IMG/VR virus record: IMGVR_UViG_3300036982_000579
Coordinates: 1 to 53,346 of that record
Direction: 5' to 3' (one strand)
Source of the DNA: a virus
Taxonomy: Duplodnaviria; Caudoviricetes
DNA length: 53,346 bases
Below, one piece after another: positions 38,316 to 46,912 of this stretch (positions are counted from its first letter, which is position 1; each line of letters starts with the position of its first letter). The position numbers and the translations under genes were made by a program. The notes beneath the pieces are model-generated. The model was not told where the DNA came from and ran no database searches. It saw only the letters and a program-made list of their open reading frames with translations.

Positions 38316-39076
38316 GTCGCACGACTGCACAACTCCGAGTCCTCTGGTCGCCCGCCTGCACTGGGCCATTTGCATCCGTACCCCTGTTCGGCGGAGCGTC
38401 CATCAGTGTTCGTGCTTCAACCGTTGACGCATGGCAAGCGCTCAACGCTGTCCTCGTCAAATGGAACTACAAGGCAACCCCACCTGATTGCGGTGCGTAC
38501 AACTGCCGGGCAATCACAGGCGGAACCCAGTACTCGCTCCACGCTTACGGCATAGCCGCCGATATAAACTGGCAACAGAATCCATACGGGCCTGTCCTGA
38601 TTACTGACATGCCTCGTGGGATGGTCGATGAGATCAAAGCGATCAGAACAAACAACGGTGTCAACGTGTTTCGTTGGGGCGGCGACTACTCTGGCAACAA
38701 AGATGCGATGCACTATGAGATTGTGGCTTCGCCCGCTGAGATAGCAACAGGAATAGCAACTGGGTCACAACCGATCCCAACACCGGAGGATGAAATGGCA
38801 AGCAGTTACCTGAGAGTGAATCAGCCCGGCGATCCGAACCACGGGCGTGTCGAAGTGATTGACGATTTCAACCGTCGTTGGATTTCACCGGAGGAGCTAC
38901 AACTGCTGGTGTTCTTTGGGGCGAAGGTTCAGGACGTTACGCTTGCAACTTTCAATACGTTGACGGCGAACAAGACGGTGAACCCGATTGTTGTTAGCGG
39001 CGGGGCTGCTGCACCAACGTCGGCAGAAAACGCGACAGCAACAGCGAATCTTCTGTCTCAGCGTTTGCAGTCGTAA
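38312..39076 (+). CDS. endolysin, M15-family Zn peptidase
   Basis: GAYNCR...SLHAYGIAAD, RWGGDY...DAMHYE. Confidence 0.85.
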   Translation: MSRTTAQLRVLWSPACTGPFASVPLFGGASISVRASTVDAWQALNAVLVKWNYKATPPDCGAYNCRAITGGTQYSLHAYGIAADINWQQNPYGPVLITDMPRGMVDEIKAIRTNNGVNVFRWGGDYSGNKDAMHYEIVASPAEIATGIATGSQPIPTPEDEMASSYLRVNQPGDPNHGRVEVIDDFNRRWISPEELQLLVFFGAKVQDVTLATFNTLTANKTVNPIVVSGGAAAPTSAENATATANLLSQRLQS

Positions 39077-39264
39077 TGGCAAAAGGCAACCGGGTTGTGA
39101 TCTACAAAGATGACACTGGGATGTGGCGCTGGCGGGGAGTCGCCGGGAACAACCGGGTGATCGGTGCTGCGGAGCAGGGGTTCAGGTTCAAGTGGTATGC
39201 GGTCCGTAAAGCGCGCAATGCGTTTCCTGATGCCCGTGTTGAATACGCTAATCACGACATTTAG
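39076..39264 (+). CDS. DUF1508/YegP-like protein
   Basis: IYKD..G.WRWR..A.N.RVI...EQGF. Confidence 0.7.
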   Translation: MAKGNRVVIYKDDTGMWRWRGVAGNNRVIGAAEQGFRFKWYAVRKARNAFPDARVEYANHDI

Positions 39265-39455
39265 AGCATGAGTGTTCCGCGTATCAGCATGAGCGCGTAG
39301 TCCCGTTCGGGCATCTCAAAATCTTCCCATGCCATACCGACACTGTTTGCCATTGCCCGGCAGATTGTCTGCTCAGGCCATCCGGCTTTGCTCATTTCAA
39401 GAGCCGTGGCTTTGAGGCGTTCTATGTCTGATGCGATGAACCGGAGTTGTGTCAT
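39261..39455 (-). CDS. hypothetical protein
   Basis: coupled ORF. Confidence 0.5.
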   Translation of the reverse strand: MTQLRFIASDIERLKATALEMSKAGWPEQTICRAMANSVGMAWEDFEMPERDYALMLIRGTLML

Positions 39456-39772
39456 TCTGAGAAGTAGCTTCCCACGGAAATGCGACAGTCAGCGATAACC
39501 GGGCCGGGGAGAATAGAACCAAACACGCTGCAATCGTTTGTGCAAAGCCGAACGGACCACGAGTTGTTTTCACCCCATTCCGATTCGGCGTTGATACCGA
39601 GTGATTCCAACTTGTGTCGCAGATCGTTGGCGCGGAGGAAGCATTCGTAGTTCATTGTCTCTGATTCGTCCTCGTCGAATCCGCAGGCGGCGAGTTCTTT
39701 CACGCCTGCTTCGAGCAAGGCAACCTCGGGAAGTTTCCTGAGAAACGTGAGAAGGGTTTGTAGATCGTTCAT
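39452..39772 (-). CDS. hypothetical protein
   Basis: coupled ORF. Confidence 0.55.
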   Translation of the reverse strand: MNDLQTLLTFLRKLPEVALLEAGVKELAACGFDEDESETMNYECFLRANDLRHKLESLGINAESEWGENNSWSVRLCTNDCSVFGSILPGPVIADCRISVGSYFSE

Positions 39773-40008
39773 GCTGTCACCTCTACTGAGAGAATGTCGG
39801 CACCTTCGGGTGCGTCTGCGATTGCTTCATCCTCGTTATCGAACAAGCGCCATGAGGCGACGTACTCGCCTGAGTAGGGTGCGCCTGTTGGCTCGCTGTG
39901 AAACCAGCAGGTCATGTCTTCAGACTCGGTGTCGAAGTCGTCGTTGACTTCGACGTTCTCCAACCAGCCTGCTCCACCTTCAACGAAAATCTCTTTGAGT
40001 ATCTTCAC
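39769..40008 (-). CDS. acidic hypothetical protein (DITVW family)
   Basis: AAGGAG RBS, GTG start; DMTCW...FDNEDEAIADAP. Confidence 0.6.
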   Translation of the reverse strand: MKILKEIFVEGGAGWLENVEVNDDFDTESEDMTCWFHSEPTGAPYSGEYVASWRLFDNEDEAIADAPEGADILSVEVTA

Positions 40009-40066
40009 TACGTTCTCCTTGCGTTGTGTGTTTGATAAGTCTAGGTGTTGGGTTAGACAGAAAGCT

Positions 40067-40225
40067 TTACCCGCGGCACGCCCGACGGGAAGCTTCCTTC
40101 TTACGATCCAAAAACTTGTGGCTCGTCTGAATGCGACGATCACGCATGGCATCAAGGCGTGCGTTGCGATCAGCAATTCGAGTTGCCTTGGCGATCATGG
40201 AAATGTTGCTCTCGTTCTTCTTCAT
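40067..40225 (-). CDS. small basic protein
   Basis: AAGGAG RBS; MKKNESN... Confidence 0.55.
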   Translation of the reverse strand: MKKNESNISMIAKATRIADRNARLDAMRDRRIQTSHKFLDRKKEASRRACRG

Positions 40226-40291
40226 TGCTGTTCTCCTTTGTTGTGACTTCAGTGTAGATAGAGGGTGTGACACTATTCGTGCCACACCCTT
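40226..40291 (-). promoter_or_regulatory. family-2 promoter with inverted-repeat operator
   Basis: GGGTGTGGCAC-N5-GTGTCACACCC...TACACT...TCACAACAAAGGAG. Confidence 0.7.
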
Positions 40292-40298
40292 CAGTGGT

Positions 40299-40532
40299 TC
40301 AGACGACGCAACCGTGACCGTCAGACACCCGGCTACGGGTTGAGTCTGTTCTGCCGCTTGTGTGCGTGCGTGGAACAAAGTGCATATCGAACACTGGCCG
40401 AGGCACGTTGCTCATCATGCAGAACATGTTGAGCAGGTATGGACACATTTGCTGTGGGTGCCAGTTGGTGCTTCCGTCTAGTTCTGGAAGAACTACCGGG
40501 CTAATTGAGTTGATGTACTGCGTCTCGTTCAT
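40299..40532 (-). CDS. hypothetical protein (leaderless)
   Basis: ATG at predicted TSS. Confidence 0.45.
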   Translation of the reverse strand: MNETQYINSISPVVLPELDGSTNWHPQQMCPYLLNMFCMMSNVPRPVFDMHFVPRTHTSGRTDSTRSRVSDGHGCVV

Positions 40533-40608
40533 GTCTTTATTATAGCACGACGTTCTACACTTGCAAGTCAATATCAAACAAATAACAAGATTTCTTTAGA
40601 TTTCTTTT
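40533..40608 (-). promoter_or_regulatory. family-1 phage promoter
   Basis: AAAAGAAATCTAAAGAAAT...TTGACTTGCAA...TGCTATAAT. Confidence 0.8.
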
Positions 40609-40771
40609 GACCCCAAACCATGACCGTCTAACCCACATGCAATACTCAACCCGTCGGGCGTGGTCCCGTTGAAGCTTGAATCTCCTCTTAGTCGATGTCT
40701 GACCAAGCCGAGGGCGACTCTCCTTGTCGTGTTGTGAGCCACGCCCGACAAACAAGGAGTAGAATCAAACC

Positions 40772-42343
40772 GTGGACCCGCTAGTCGTCATACCACCCGA
40801 ACTCCTAGCACTAGCAACCGAACACGAACGCGAGCAATACCGGCTGTACCTAATCGACCGAGCCGTCGCCGCCGACGACTGGGAAACATGGCTGCTGTCA
40901 ATGGCACCCGGCTACGCTTCAGCACCCTTCGGAGATCATCACATCAAGTTTTGGGAATGGGCATGGGACATACATCCAACAGAACGCCCGAGACCATTCG
41001 TTGCTATCTGGCCGCGAGGCGGAGCAAAGAGTACAAGCGCTGAGATGTGTGTCGTCGCGTTAGCCGCACGACAGAAACGCAACTACTGCCTCTACGTTTC
41101 GGAGACACAAGATCAGGCAGACGACCACGTTGCCAACATCGCTGCACTATTCGAGGATGAAGAAGTCGGATTCGCTTACCCCGAACTTGGTTCCCGGCTG
41201 ATGGGCAAGTTCGGATCAGCGAAAGGCTGGCGGCGCAACCGAGTCCGCACTGGGACCGGATTCACCGTTGACGCTGTTGGGCTTGACTCTGCTGCACGAG
41301 GAATCAAGCTGGAAAGTATGCGACCCGATCTGATGGTCTTTGACGACATCGACAGCGAAGCCGATTCCCAACTCGCAACAGATAAGAAGATCAGGACGAT
41401 CACCCGGAAGCTTCTCCCTGCCGGGTCGAACACCTGTGCTGTGATCGCAATTCAGAACAAGGTCCACGACGATTCGATTTTCGCCCAGCTTGCTGACGGG
41501 CGCGCTGACTTTCTTCGGGATCGGATTGTGTCAGGCCCGATACCGGCAGTTTGGAATCTTGGTTGGGTTGAAGAAGATGGTTTGTTCAAGATCGTTGACG
41601 GGCAAGAATCGTGGGAAGGTCAACCTGTCAATTCATCGCAAGCGTTGATGAATGATATTGGGCTGACAGCGTTCCTTGCTGAGTGTCAACACGCTACGGT
41701 CACGATGACGGGCGGGATGTTTGACCATATCAACTGGCCTCATTTGCATGTGACTGAAGCGGAGCTTCCTGTTATGCGAAGGGTGGTTGTCTGGTTGGAC
41801 CCTGCTGTGACTTCTACCGATTCGTCTGACTGTCAGGGTATGCAGTGCGACGGGCTAGGTGTTGATGGTCTGATCTATAGGCTGTGGTCGTGGGAAGGAC
41901 GGACGACACCGTTGGACGCTGTGAAGCGGGGTATCCGTGCGGCGATTCAGTGGAACGCAACGACATTGGGTATTGAATCGGATCAGGGTGGCGATACTTG
42001 GAAGGCTGTGTATCACCAAGCGTGTGAAGATTTGCGGGCCGCCGGGGAACTAACTGGGTCGGCTCCTCGGTTTGCTGCGGCGAAAGCGGGTGCTGGTCAC
42101 GGGTCGAAGATGACTCGCGCTCAAAGAATGCTTGTCGATTATGAGCGCAACAAAATCAGGCATCTGATCGGAACCCACCAGCAACTTGAACTGGGGCTGA
42201 TGCGGTTTCCGAAAGCGAAGCCTTACGATCTGGTTGACGCTGCGTATTGGTCGTGGGCTGATCTGGCGGGCAAGTCGAATCGTGGGCGTTCTCGTGTTGG
42301 GTCTGCTTCGGGGCAGACGGTCGGTGCGTTCAGTTTCAACTAA
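40772..42343 (+). CDS. terL: terminase large subunit
   Basis: WPRGGAKST Walker A, RG....RPDLMVFDD Walker B, WLDPA, GIESDQGG, FP....DLVDA nuclease motifs. Confidence 0.9.
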   Translation: MDPLVVIPPELLALATEHEREQYRLYLIDRAVAADDWETWLLSMAPGYASAPFGDHHIKFWEWAWDIHPTERPRPFVAIWPRGGAKSTSAEMCVVALAARQKRNYCLYVSETQDQADDHVANIAALFEDEEVGFAYPELGSRLMGKFGSAKGWRRNRVRTGTGFTVDAVGLDSAARGIKLESMRPDLMVFDDIDSEADSQLATDKKIRTITRKLLPAGSNTCAVIAIQNKVHDDSIFAQLADGRADFLRDRIVSGPIPAVWNLGWVEEDGLFKIVDGQESWEGQPVNSSQALMNDIGLTAFLAECQHATVTMTGGMFDHINWPHLHVTEAELPVMRRVVVWLDPAVTSTDSSDCQGMQCDGLGVDGLIYRLWSWEGRTTPLDAVKRGIRAAIQWNATTLGIESDQGGDTWKAVYHQACEDLRAAGELTGSAPRFAAAKAGAGHGSKMTRAQRMLVDYERNKIRHLIGTHQQLELGLMRFPKAKPYDLVDAAYWSWADLAGKSNRGRSRVGSASGQTVGAFSFN

Positions 42344-42381
42344 AAATGCAAGAAGCCCCTCCTTTGTGGAGGGGCTGAAGC
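42343..42381. terminator. intrinsic terminator between terL and ncRNA C
   Basis: AGCCCCTCC-TTTGT-GGAGGGGCT hairpin; T-rich tail on minus strand. Confidence 0.75.
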
Positions 42382-43185
42382 CATCTTGCTGACTAACCGA
42401 AAAGGCAATACGTCCTTTTGTCGGCATCGGTTGATACCGCCAAATTTTTGCACCATTGGGGGTGCCTGCAACCTCCCTTGCAGGTGGGGCCTATCTTCTG
42501 TCACCCGAAATCTACAACTTTCGGAACACCAGAGGATTCGTTCAGCGGTGGGACTTTGTTTCAGGCGATATTCCCTGTGCTGCTTTTTGCCTGTTGTTTG
42601 ATTGAGTTGAACTTCTTATAAGAGAAGCTGAAAGTAATTTCATGCACCTCATAACACATAGGTTTCCGGCTCAGCGAACTTGCGTCCCATACTGGCAGCT
42701 TAGTGAGCGGCGCTTGTACTAGCGTCCACTCCTTCAGCTTGTCGGTTTGCCCCGTCAGACACCACACTTGAGAAGTTTGCAACCCTCCGTTACTCACTCT
42801 CAACTCCTCTAACAAGAAGTTCAACACAATCAAGTTCTTAGAAGATGCCCTTGGACCGGCTACTTGCTTTCGTTCTTACTACTCCACGGATTGTGCGCAC
42901 GCACCGCTTCACCTCAGAACTAATTGCTTTCACCGTTCTCTACCTTCGCTCACCTACTTGCCCCATCCATCCACATCCCTTCGTTCAGGGATCGCTCGTT
43001 ATCCGTCAGGCGAGTCGTGGTCGTTAGCCGTCAGGGGATGCTTCATTTGGCGGGGTATGATGGCACCTCAGAAGTTCCAAGTTCATCATCTAAGAACTTG
43101 ATTGTTGTACTTGAGAGTCTTTGGTGTGCGGACCCTAACCGCCATGTTCCCCGGTGCTTCCGGTTCTTTCAGTTGCTTGCTTGTG
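42343..43185 (-). ncRNA. candidate large structured ncRNA C (~845 nt)
   Basis: promoter plus terminator; adjacent 22-bp and ~32-bp helices, the latter with five G-U pairs on minus strand; module shared with ncRNA F. Confidence 0.78.
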
Positions 43186-43252
43186 TAGATCAGTATACAG
43201 CATAGCGGGGACATTGCAAGTCAATATCAAACATTTCTTTAGATTTCTTTTT
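43183..43252 (-). promoter_or_regulatory. family-1 phage promoter (ncRNA C)
   Basis: AAAAGAAATCTAAAGAAAT...TTGACTTGCAATGTC...TGCTGTATACTGATCTAC. Confidence 0.8.
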
Positions 43253-43334
43253 CGACTCCAAACCGCCCGCCCGCCCAGCAGTAACGGCCCGCCCGTCTCC
43301 TTTACTGTCACACCCTGTCTGTAGTATCTGTTAC

Positions 43335-43565
43335 ATGATCTCAATACAGGAACTTGTAGGCGACAACACCGCAACCGGCTCTCTATGGGAATGCTTCACA
43401 CCCACACCTCACGCTTGCACCGGAATAGCAACAGTGGCAGTTACACAAACGCCTTGCTGCACCGCAGGAGCGGTCACAGAACAGTCATGGCAAGAAGCAC
43501 AAGCTGCTGCTGAACACGCTGAGGCATTGCGAGACGCAGCCGCTCAGAACGAGCTAGAGCTTTAG
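43335..43565 (+). CDS. hypothetical protein
   Basis: ORF after TGTCACACCC...TATCT element. Confidence 0.45.
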   Translation: MISIQELVGDNTATGSLWECFTPTPHACTGIATVAVTQTPCCTAGAVTEQSWQEAQAAAEHAEALRDAAAQNELEL

Positions 43566-43733
43566 AAAGCAATCAGGGCAGATGTCGTCCACGCCGGGCC
43601 GCTGACGTTCCCACCCGTATTGGGCTGCTGCTTCTTTGATTGCTTCAGCCGCGGCAGAAGCGGCGACAGGAGCATTGCGTTTACATCTATCGCATCTCAC
43701 GGTCCACCCCTTCTTTCTCAGTGCTGTAGTCAT
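43554..43733 (-). CDS. small Zn-finger protein (59 aa, not in ORF track)
   Basis: VRCDRC...GW...DICPDC. Confidence 0.6.
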   Translation of the reverse strand: MTTALRKKGWTVRCDRCKRNAPVAASAAAEAIKEAAAQYGWERQRPGVDDICPDCFLKL

Positions 43734-43742
43734 GCGAACAGG

Positions 43743-43892
43743 TTACTCAGGTTCAGGCCATTCGGTCGCATCGAACCGAGATGCCGCTTCTTGAGCGCAC
43801 TGACCGCAGATACCGCCGTACTGATTCCATTCAGACGGCCAGTACACCGGGTTGATATGACGGCAAGGCCATCCGCACCGAGGGCATGTCAT
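43743..43892 (-). CDS. small Zn-finger protein
   Basis: CPRC...CGQC. Confidence 0.5.
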   Translation of the reverse strand: MTCPRCGWPCRHINPVYWPSEWNQYGGICGQCAQEAASRFDATEWPEPE

Positions 43893-43984
43893 CTTGAACG
43901 AGTCTTTGCCTACACTTGGTGAGGTGATTTCGTGTCTAGGTAGTCTGTTAGAACGTGTACGAACTTGAACCAATGGAGAGTCCT

Positions 43985-44170
43985 ATGAGCGATATGGAAG
44001 CAGAAGTGTACTCGGGTGATATGCGTGGCTGTGATGAATGCGGAGTTGGGCCAGAAGATGAGTGTGTCCCTGATTGTCCGTGGGTAGCGGCGGCTGAAGA
44101 CGCAGCCACTACTGGGCCGCCGCCCGGCCCGGTTGCGTTGATCGACGTTCTAGCAAATGTTACGGAATGA
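43985..44170 (+). CDS. small Cys-rich protein
   Basis: GGAG RBS; CDECG....EC..DCP. Confidence 0.45.
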   Translation: MSDMEAEVYSGDMRGCDECGVGPEDECVPDCPWVAAAEDAATTGPPPGPVALIDVLANVTE

Positions 44171-44269
44171 TTGCATTACGTCTACATGTGCGCGTAGCCT
44201 TGAAACTCAACAGCCACCCGCTCATCCAAAACGGGTGGCTGTCGCGTATCTAACCGACAACTGAAAGAG

Positions 44270-44701
44270 GTGACCATGAGGCTGAATCTCAGGTCTGTAT
44301 CTATTGCGGCAATCGTCATGTTATCTGCCGTGTCAAGTATTGGCTGTACCCCGGAAGAAATAGCGTCCTACGCGACGATGAACCCGGCTGAACAAGCTGC
44401 TGTCAAAGCACATCTACAAGCACAAGCGGAACCTGTCGTGCAAGCGCACACGCCTCCGGGTGGTTTCCTCGCCTGTGTCCGGCGGCACGAGTCTGGCGGA
44501 AGCTACACCGCCAAGAATCCGAACAGCACCGCTTCAGGCGCATACCAGTTTCTTGATTCGACTTGGCGGACAATGAGCGCCCGAGCGGGTCACGCTGGGT
44601 GGGGGTCCGCACGCCACGCTCCGCCACACGTTCAGGACGCGGTTGCGGTTTACACCGTGAACAGCGGTTGGCGTTCAGCTTGGAACGGCACAGGTTGCTA
44701 A
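44270..44701 (+). CDS. exported Rpf/transglycosylase-like lysozyme-fold protein
   Basis: signal/lipobox-like SSIG-C; CVRRHESGG.Y, ASGAYQF..STW, A..AP..VQD..A, W...GC. Confidence 0.8.
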   Translation: MTMRLNLRSVSIAAIVMLSAVSSIGCTPEEIASYATMNPAEQAAVKAHLQAQAEPVVQAHTPPGGFLACVRRHESGGSYTAKNPNSTASGAYQFLDSTWRTMSARAGHAGWGSARHAPPHVQDAVAVYTVNSGWRSAWNGTGC

Positions 44702-44744
44702 CTGGGCCGCCGCCCGGCGGTTTCCCTCACGGGGTATCGCCGGG

Positions 44745-44960
44745 CTAACCCAACTTGAACATGTTGGCTAGGCGTTCAGGGCCGGGGGTGCCGTCAGCGG
44801 ACCGAGGGTTGTGGAGAAGGTCATGCAACTCGTTCAGCTTGCGCATCCGTTCAGTTATTGTTTGACCCTCGTAGATCCATCCGTCAGCGAGAAAGTCCAC
44901 GTTACTGTGTTCCGTTTTCAAGTGAATCATTGCTTCGCTGATACTGAAAAAGTCGTTCAT
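44745..44960 (-). CDS. hypothetical protein
   Basis: ATGA coupling. Confidence 0.5.
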   Translation of the reverse strand: MNDFFSISEAMIHLKTEHSNVDFLADGWIYEGQTITERMRKLNELHDLLHNPRSADGTPGPERLANMFKLG

Positions 44961-45262
44961 GGTTCCATCCGTCGAACGTCGAAGCCTGCCAGCGAAACAC
45001 GCCACGGCTCACAAAGCTGCATCCCGTTTTCACGGAACATCCACACGGTCATTTGACCTTTGTCGGTGTCTTCTTGGAACCGATCAAAGACCCGGATGCC
45101 TGCTTCCTTGAGTTGGATTCTGAGAATCTCATCCGCTCGGAACATTTCCGCTTTGCGTTCTTCGCCGCCGTTGCGGTCGTAATCTTGGACCGCCCGGTTG
45201 AACGCTTGCGCAACGTCGGTTTCCCGAATCGCTTTGATGACGCTGTAGGAGATTTCGTTCAT
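44957..45262 (-). CDS. hypothetical protein
   Basis: ATGA coupling. Confidence 0.6.
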   Translation of the reverse strand: MNEISYSVIKAIRETDVAQAFNRAVQDYDRNGGEERKAEMFRADEILRIQLKEAGIRVFDRFQEDTDKGQMTVWMFRENGMQLCEPWRVSLAGFDVRRMEP

Positions 45263-45507
45263 GCTGCCACCCGCTCAAAGACAAGGGCGAGTGTTGCTGA
45301 CACGGTTGCCTCGGAAGGCTCGCTGCTGGAACCGACACCCTCGTAGATGTAGCGCCAGAACTGAACGTCGCTTGCTGCATCTCGCAAGCACTCAAGATCG
45401 GCGGCGTTTGGAACTGCTTTGCCTTCTGCGATCCATCGGATCGTTTCGTCGGCCAACTTGCTGGCTAGTGCCATCCGGTTGGCTAGGTGTGCTGCGTGCA
45501 TCTTCAT
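45259..45507 (-). CDS. hypothetical protein
   Basis: family-2 leader, AAGGAG. Confidence 0.6.
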   Translation of the reverse strand: MKMHAAHLANRMALASKLADETIRWIAEGKAVPNAADLECLRDAASDVQFWRYIYEGVGSSSEPSEATVSATLALVFERVAA

Positions 45508-45567
45508 TTGGTTTGCTCCTTGTTGTTGTGATTACTTGTTAGTGATTATAGCTAGAGGGTGTGACAC
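45508..45567 (-). promoter_or_regulatory. family-2 promoter/leader
   Basis: GTGTCACACCC-N6-TATAAT...AAGTAATCACAAC..AAGGAGCAA. Confidence 0.7.
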
Positions 45568-45831
45568 TCAGTCGTCTTCGAGCATGTACTCGGAGAAGGG
45601 CGGTGTTGCGATGCGGACATTTACAATGCCCGTGATTGTGGTGACTGCGACGAACTCGTGAATGCAAGCGATGGCTTCTGCCTCGGTTGCGAACCAACCG
45701 ATGTTCATGTCATCCCACGCACCCGTGTCGGTGATGACAACTGCCTTGAACAACTTGTCGTCACCGTGATTGACTGCGACGAACTCGGCTAGGGCTTCTG
45801 CTTGTACTTGGGTGAGTGTTTGTGTTTCCAT
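45568..45831 (-). CDS. hypothetical protein
   Basis: family-2 leader; GWFATEAEA motif. Confidence 0.6.
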   Translation of the reverse strand: METQTLTQVQAEALAEFVAVNHGDDKLFKAVVITDTGAWDDMNIGWFATEAEAIACIHEFVAVTTITGIVNVRIATPPFSEYMLEDD

Positions 45832-45908
45832 CTTGGCTCCCTGTTGTTGTGATTGCTTATTTGATAAGTGTACTTGAAGGGTGTGACACTTTGTCGTGCC
45901 ACACCCTT
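45832..45908 (-). promoter_or_regulatory. family-2 promoter with inverted-repeat operator
   Basis: AAGGGTGTGGCAC-N6-GTGTCACACCCTT..TACACT TATCAAATAAGCAATCACAAC. Confidence 0.75.
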
Positions 45909-45915
45909 TCAGGTT

Positions 45916-46209
45916 TTAGTTGACGCACTCGGCGTTTGCCCGGCGAGCGAAGTCGATCTCCGCTGCGGTGAACCCTGCGGAAGCTGCGATCCGGCGGTCG
46001 ATGCGATCCGAGTGAATCGCTTGGGTGCAGGTTCCGCCGCTCATTGCGGTGAACAGTGCGAACACTGTTGCTTGAGCGTTTTCACGGCGTGTTGCAATCG
46101 CTCGGATGGCGAACGACTCGTCAGTGTTGTTCGCTGCCGCATCCGCTGCGATGTTGAAGTTGTTGACGTAGTTGTCGTTGATTGTCTGGATGATCTGTGT
46201 CGATGTCAT
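45916..46209 (-). CDS. hypothetical protein (leaderless)
   Basis: ATCTAC-ATG after promoter. Confidence 0.6.
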   Translation of the reverse strand: MTSTQIIQTINDNYVNNFNIAADAAANNTDESFAIRAIATRRENAQATVFALFTAMSGGTCTQAIHSDRIDRRIAASAGFTAAEIDFARRANAECVN

Positions 46210-46277
46210 GTAGATTATTATACTGCACTGCCATGACATTGCAAGTCAATAATCAAGATTTCTTCAGATTTCTTTTA
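46210..46277 (-). promoter_or_regulatory. family-1 phage promoter
   Basis: AAAAGAAATCTGAAGAAAT...TTGACTTGCAATGTCA...TATAAT. Confidence 0.8.
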
Positions 46278-46509
46278 GACGCTCCGCTTTCCAGAAGTCG
46301 CCTGATCGAACATCACAACCATCAGTCAACCGTTGAGCAATCCGAATCACCCGGTCAATCTCACGAACCATCTCCGGCCCACACTCAATCGCCGCCAACG
46401 GATACTCCGCATGATTGGTAGCAAGTTCCTCAGTCGCCTTGACCATCAGGTCCAACGCTTCAAGCCACTGCTGTGCAGGCTTGTAGTTGCTGCTCAGTAC
46501 ATCACTCAT
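46264..46509 (-). CDS. hypothetical protein
   Basis: GGAGGAG RBS, TAATG coupling. Confidence 0.55.
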   Translation of the reverse strand: MSDVLSSNYKPAQQWLEALDLMVKATEELATNHAEYPLAAIECGPEMVREIDRVIRIAQRLTDGCDVRSGDFWKAERLKEI

Positions 46510-46652
46510 TACTTCTCCTCCTGTTTAGGTGTCGGCTGCACGTTCTTCCACGCAGTCAGCTTCCGACTAATACTCATTAGCCGATCCACTTCTTTCTCGG
46601 GTGCTTCTTCTTCTGGATGCTCGGCATCACTCGCCGCTTCTTCAGTAGTCAT
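46509..46652 (-). CDS. small hypothetical protein (47 aa)
   Basis: MTTEEAASDAEH... Confidence 0.4.
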   Translation of the reverse strand: MTTEEAASDAEHPEEEAPEKEVDRLMSISRKLTAWKNVQPTPKQEEK

Positions 46653-46912
46653 ATGTTCAACAGTATAAGGAATGGACTAGACGCAAAACGGCCCAGTCGT
46701 ACTGGGCCGCCCGCCGACTTGTCTAACTGTAAACGTCTAGTTGAGGTTGAGGGTTTGGCCCAGTGGTCAGCCCGCCGGGGCCAAGTCTGGACTAGGGGTT
46801 GAGAGTTTGGGTTTGTAAATGAATCCAAAGAAAAGTTTAGTGGAAAGTCGTTTAGCGTCTAACGCTGTCTATATAGTGAGTCCTACAACACCAAACACGG
46901 AGGCAATAACAC

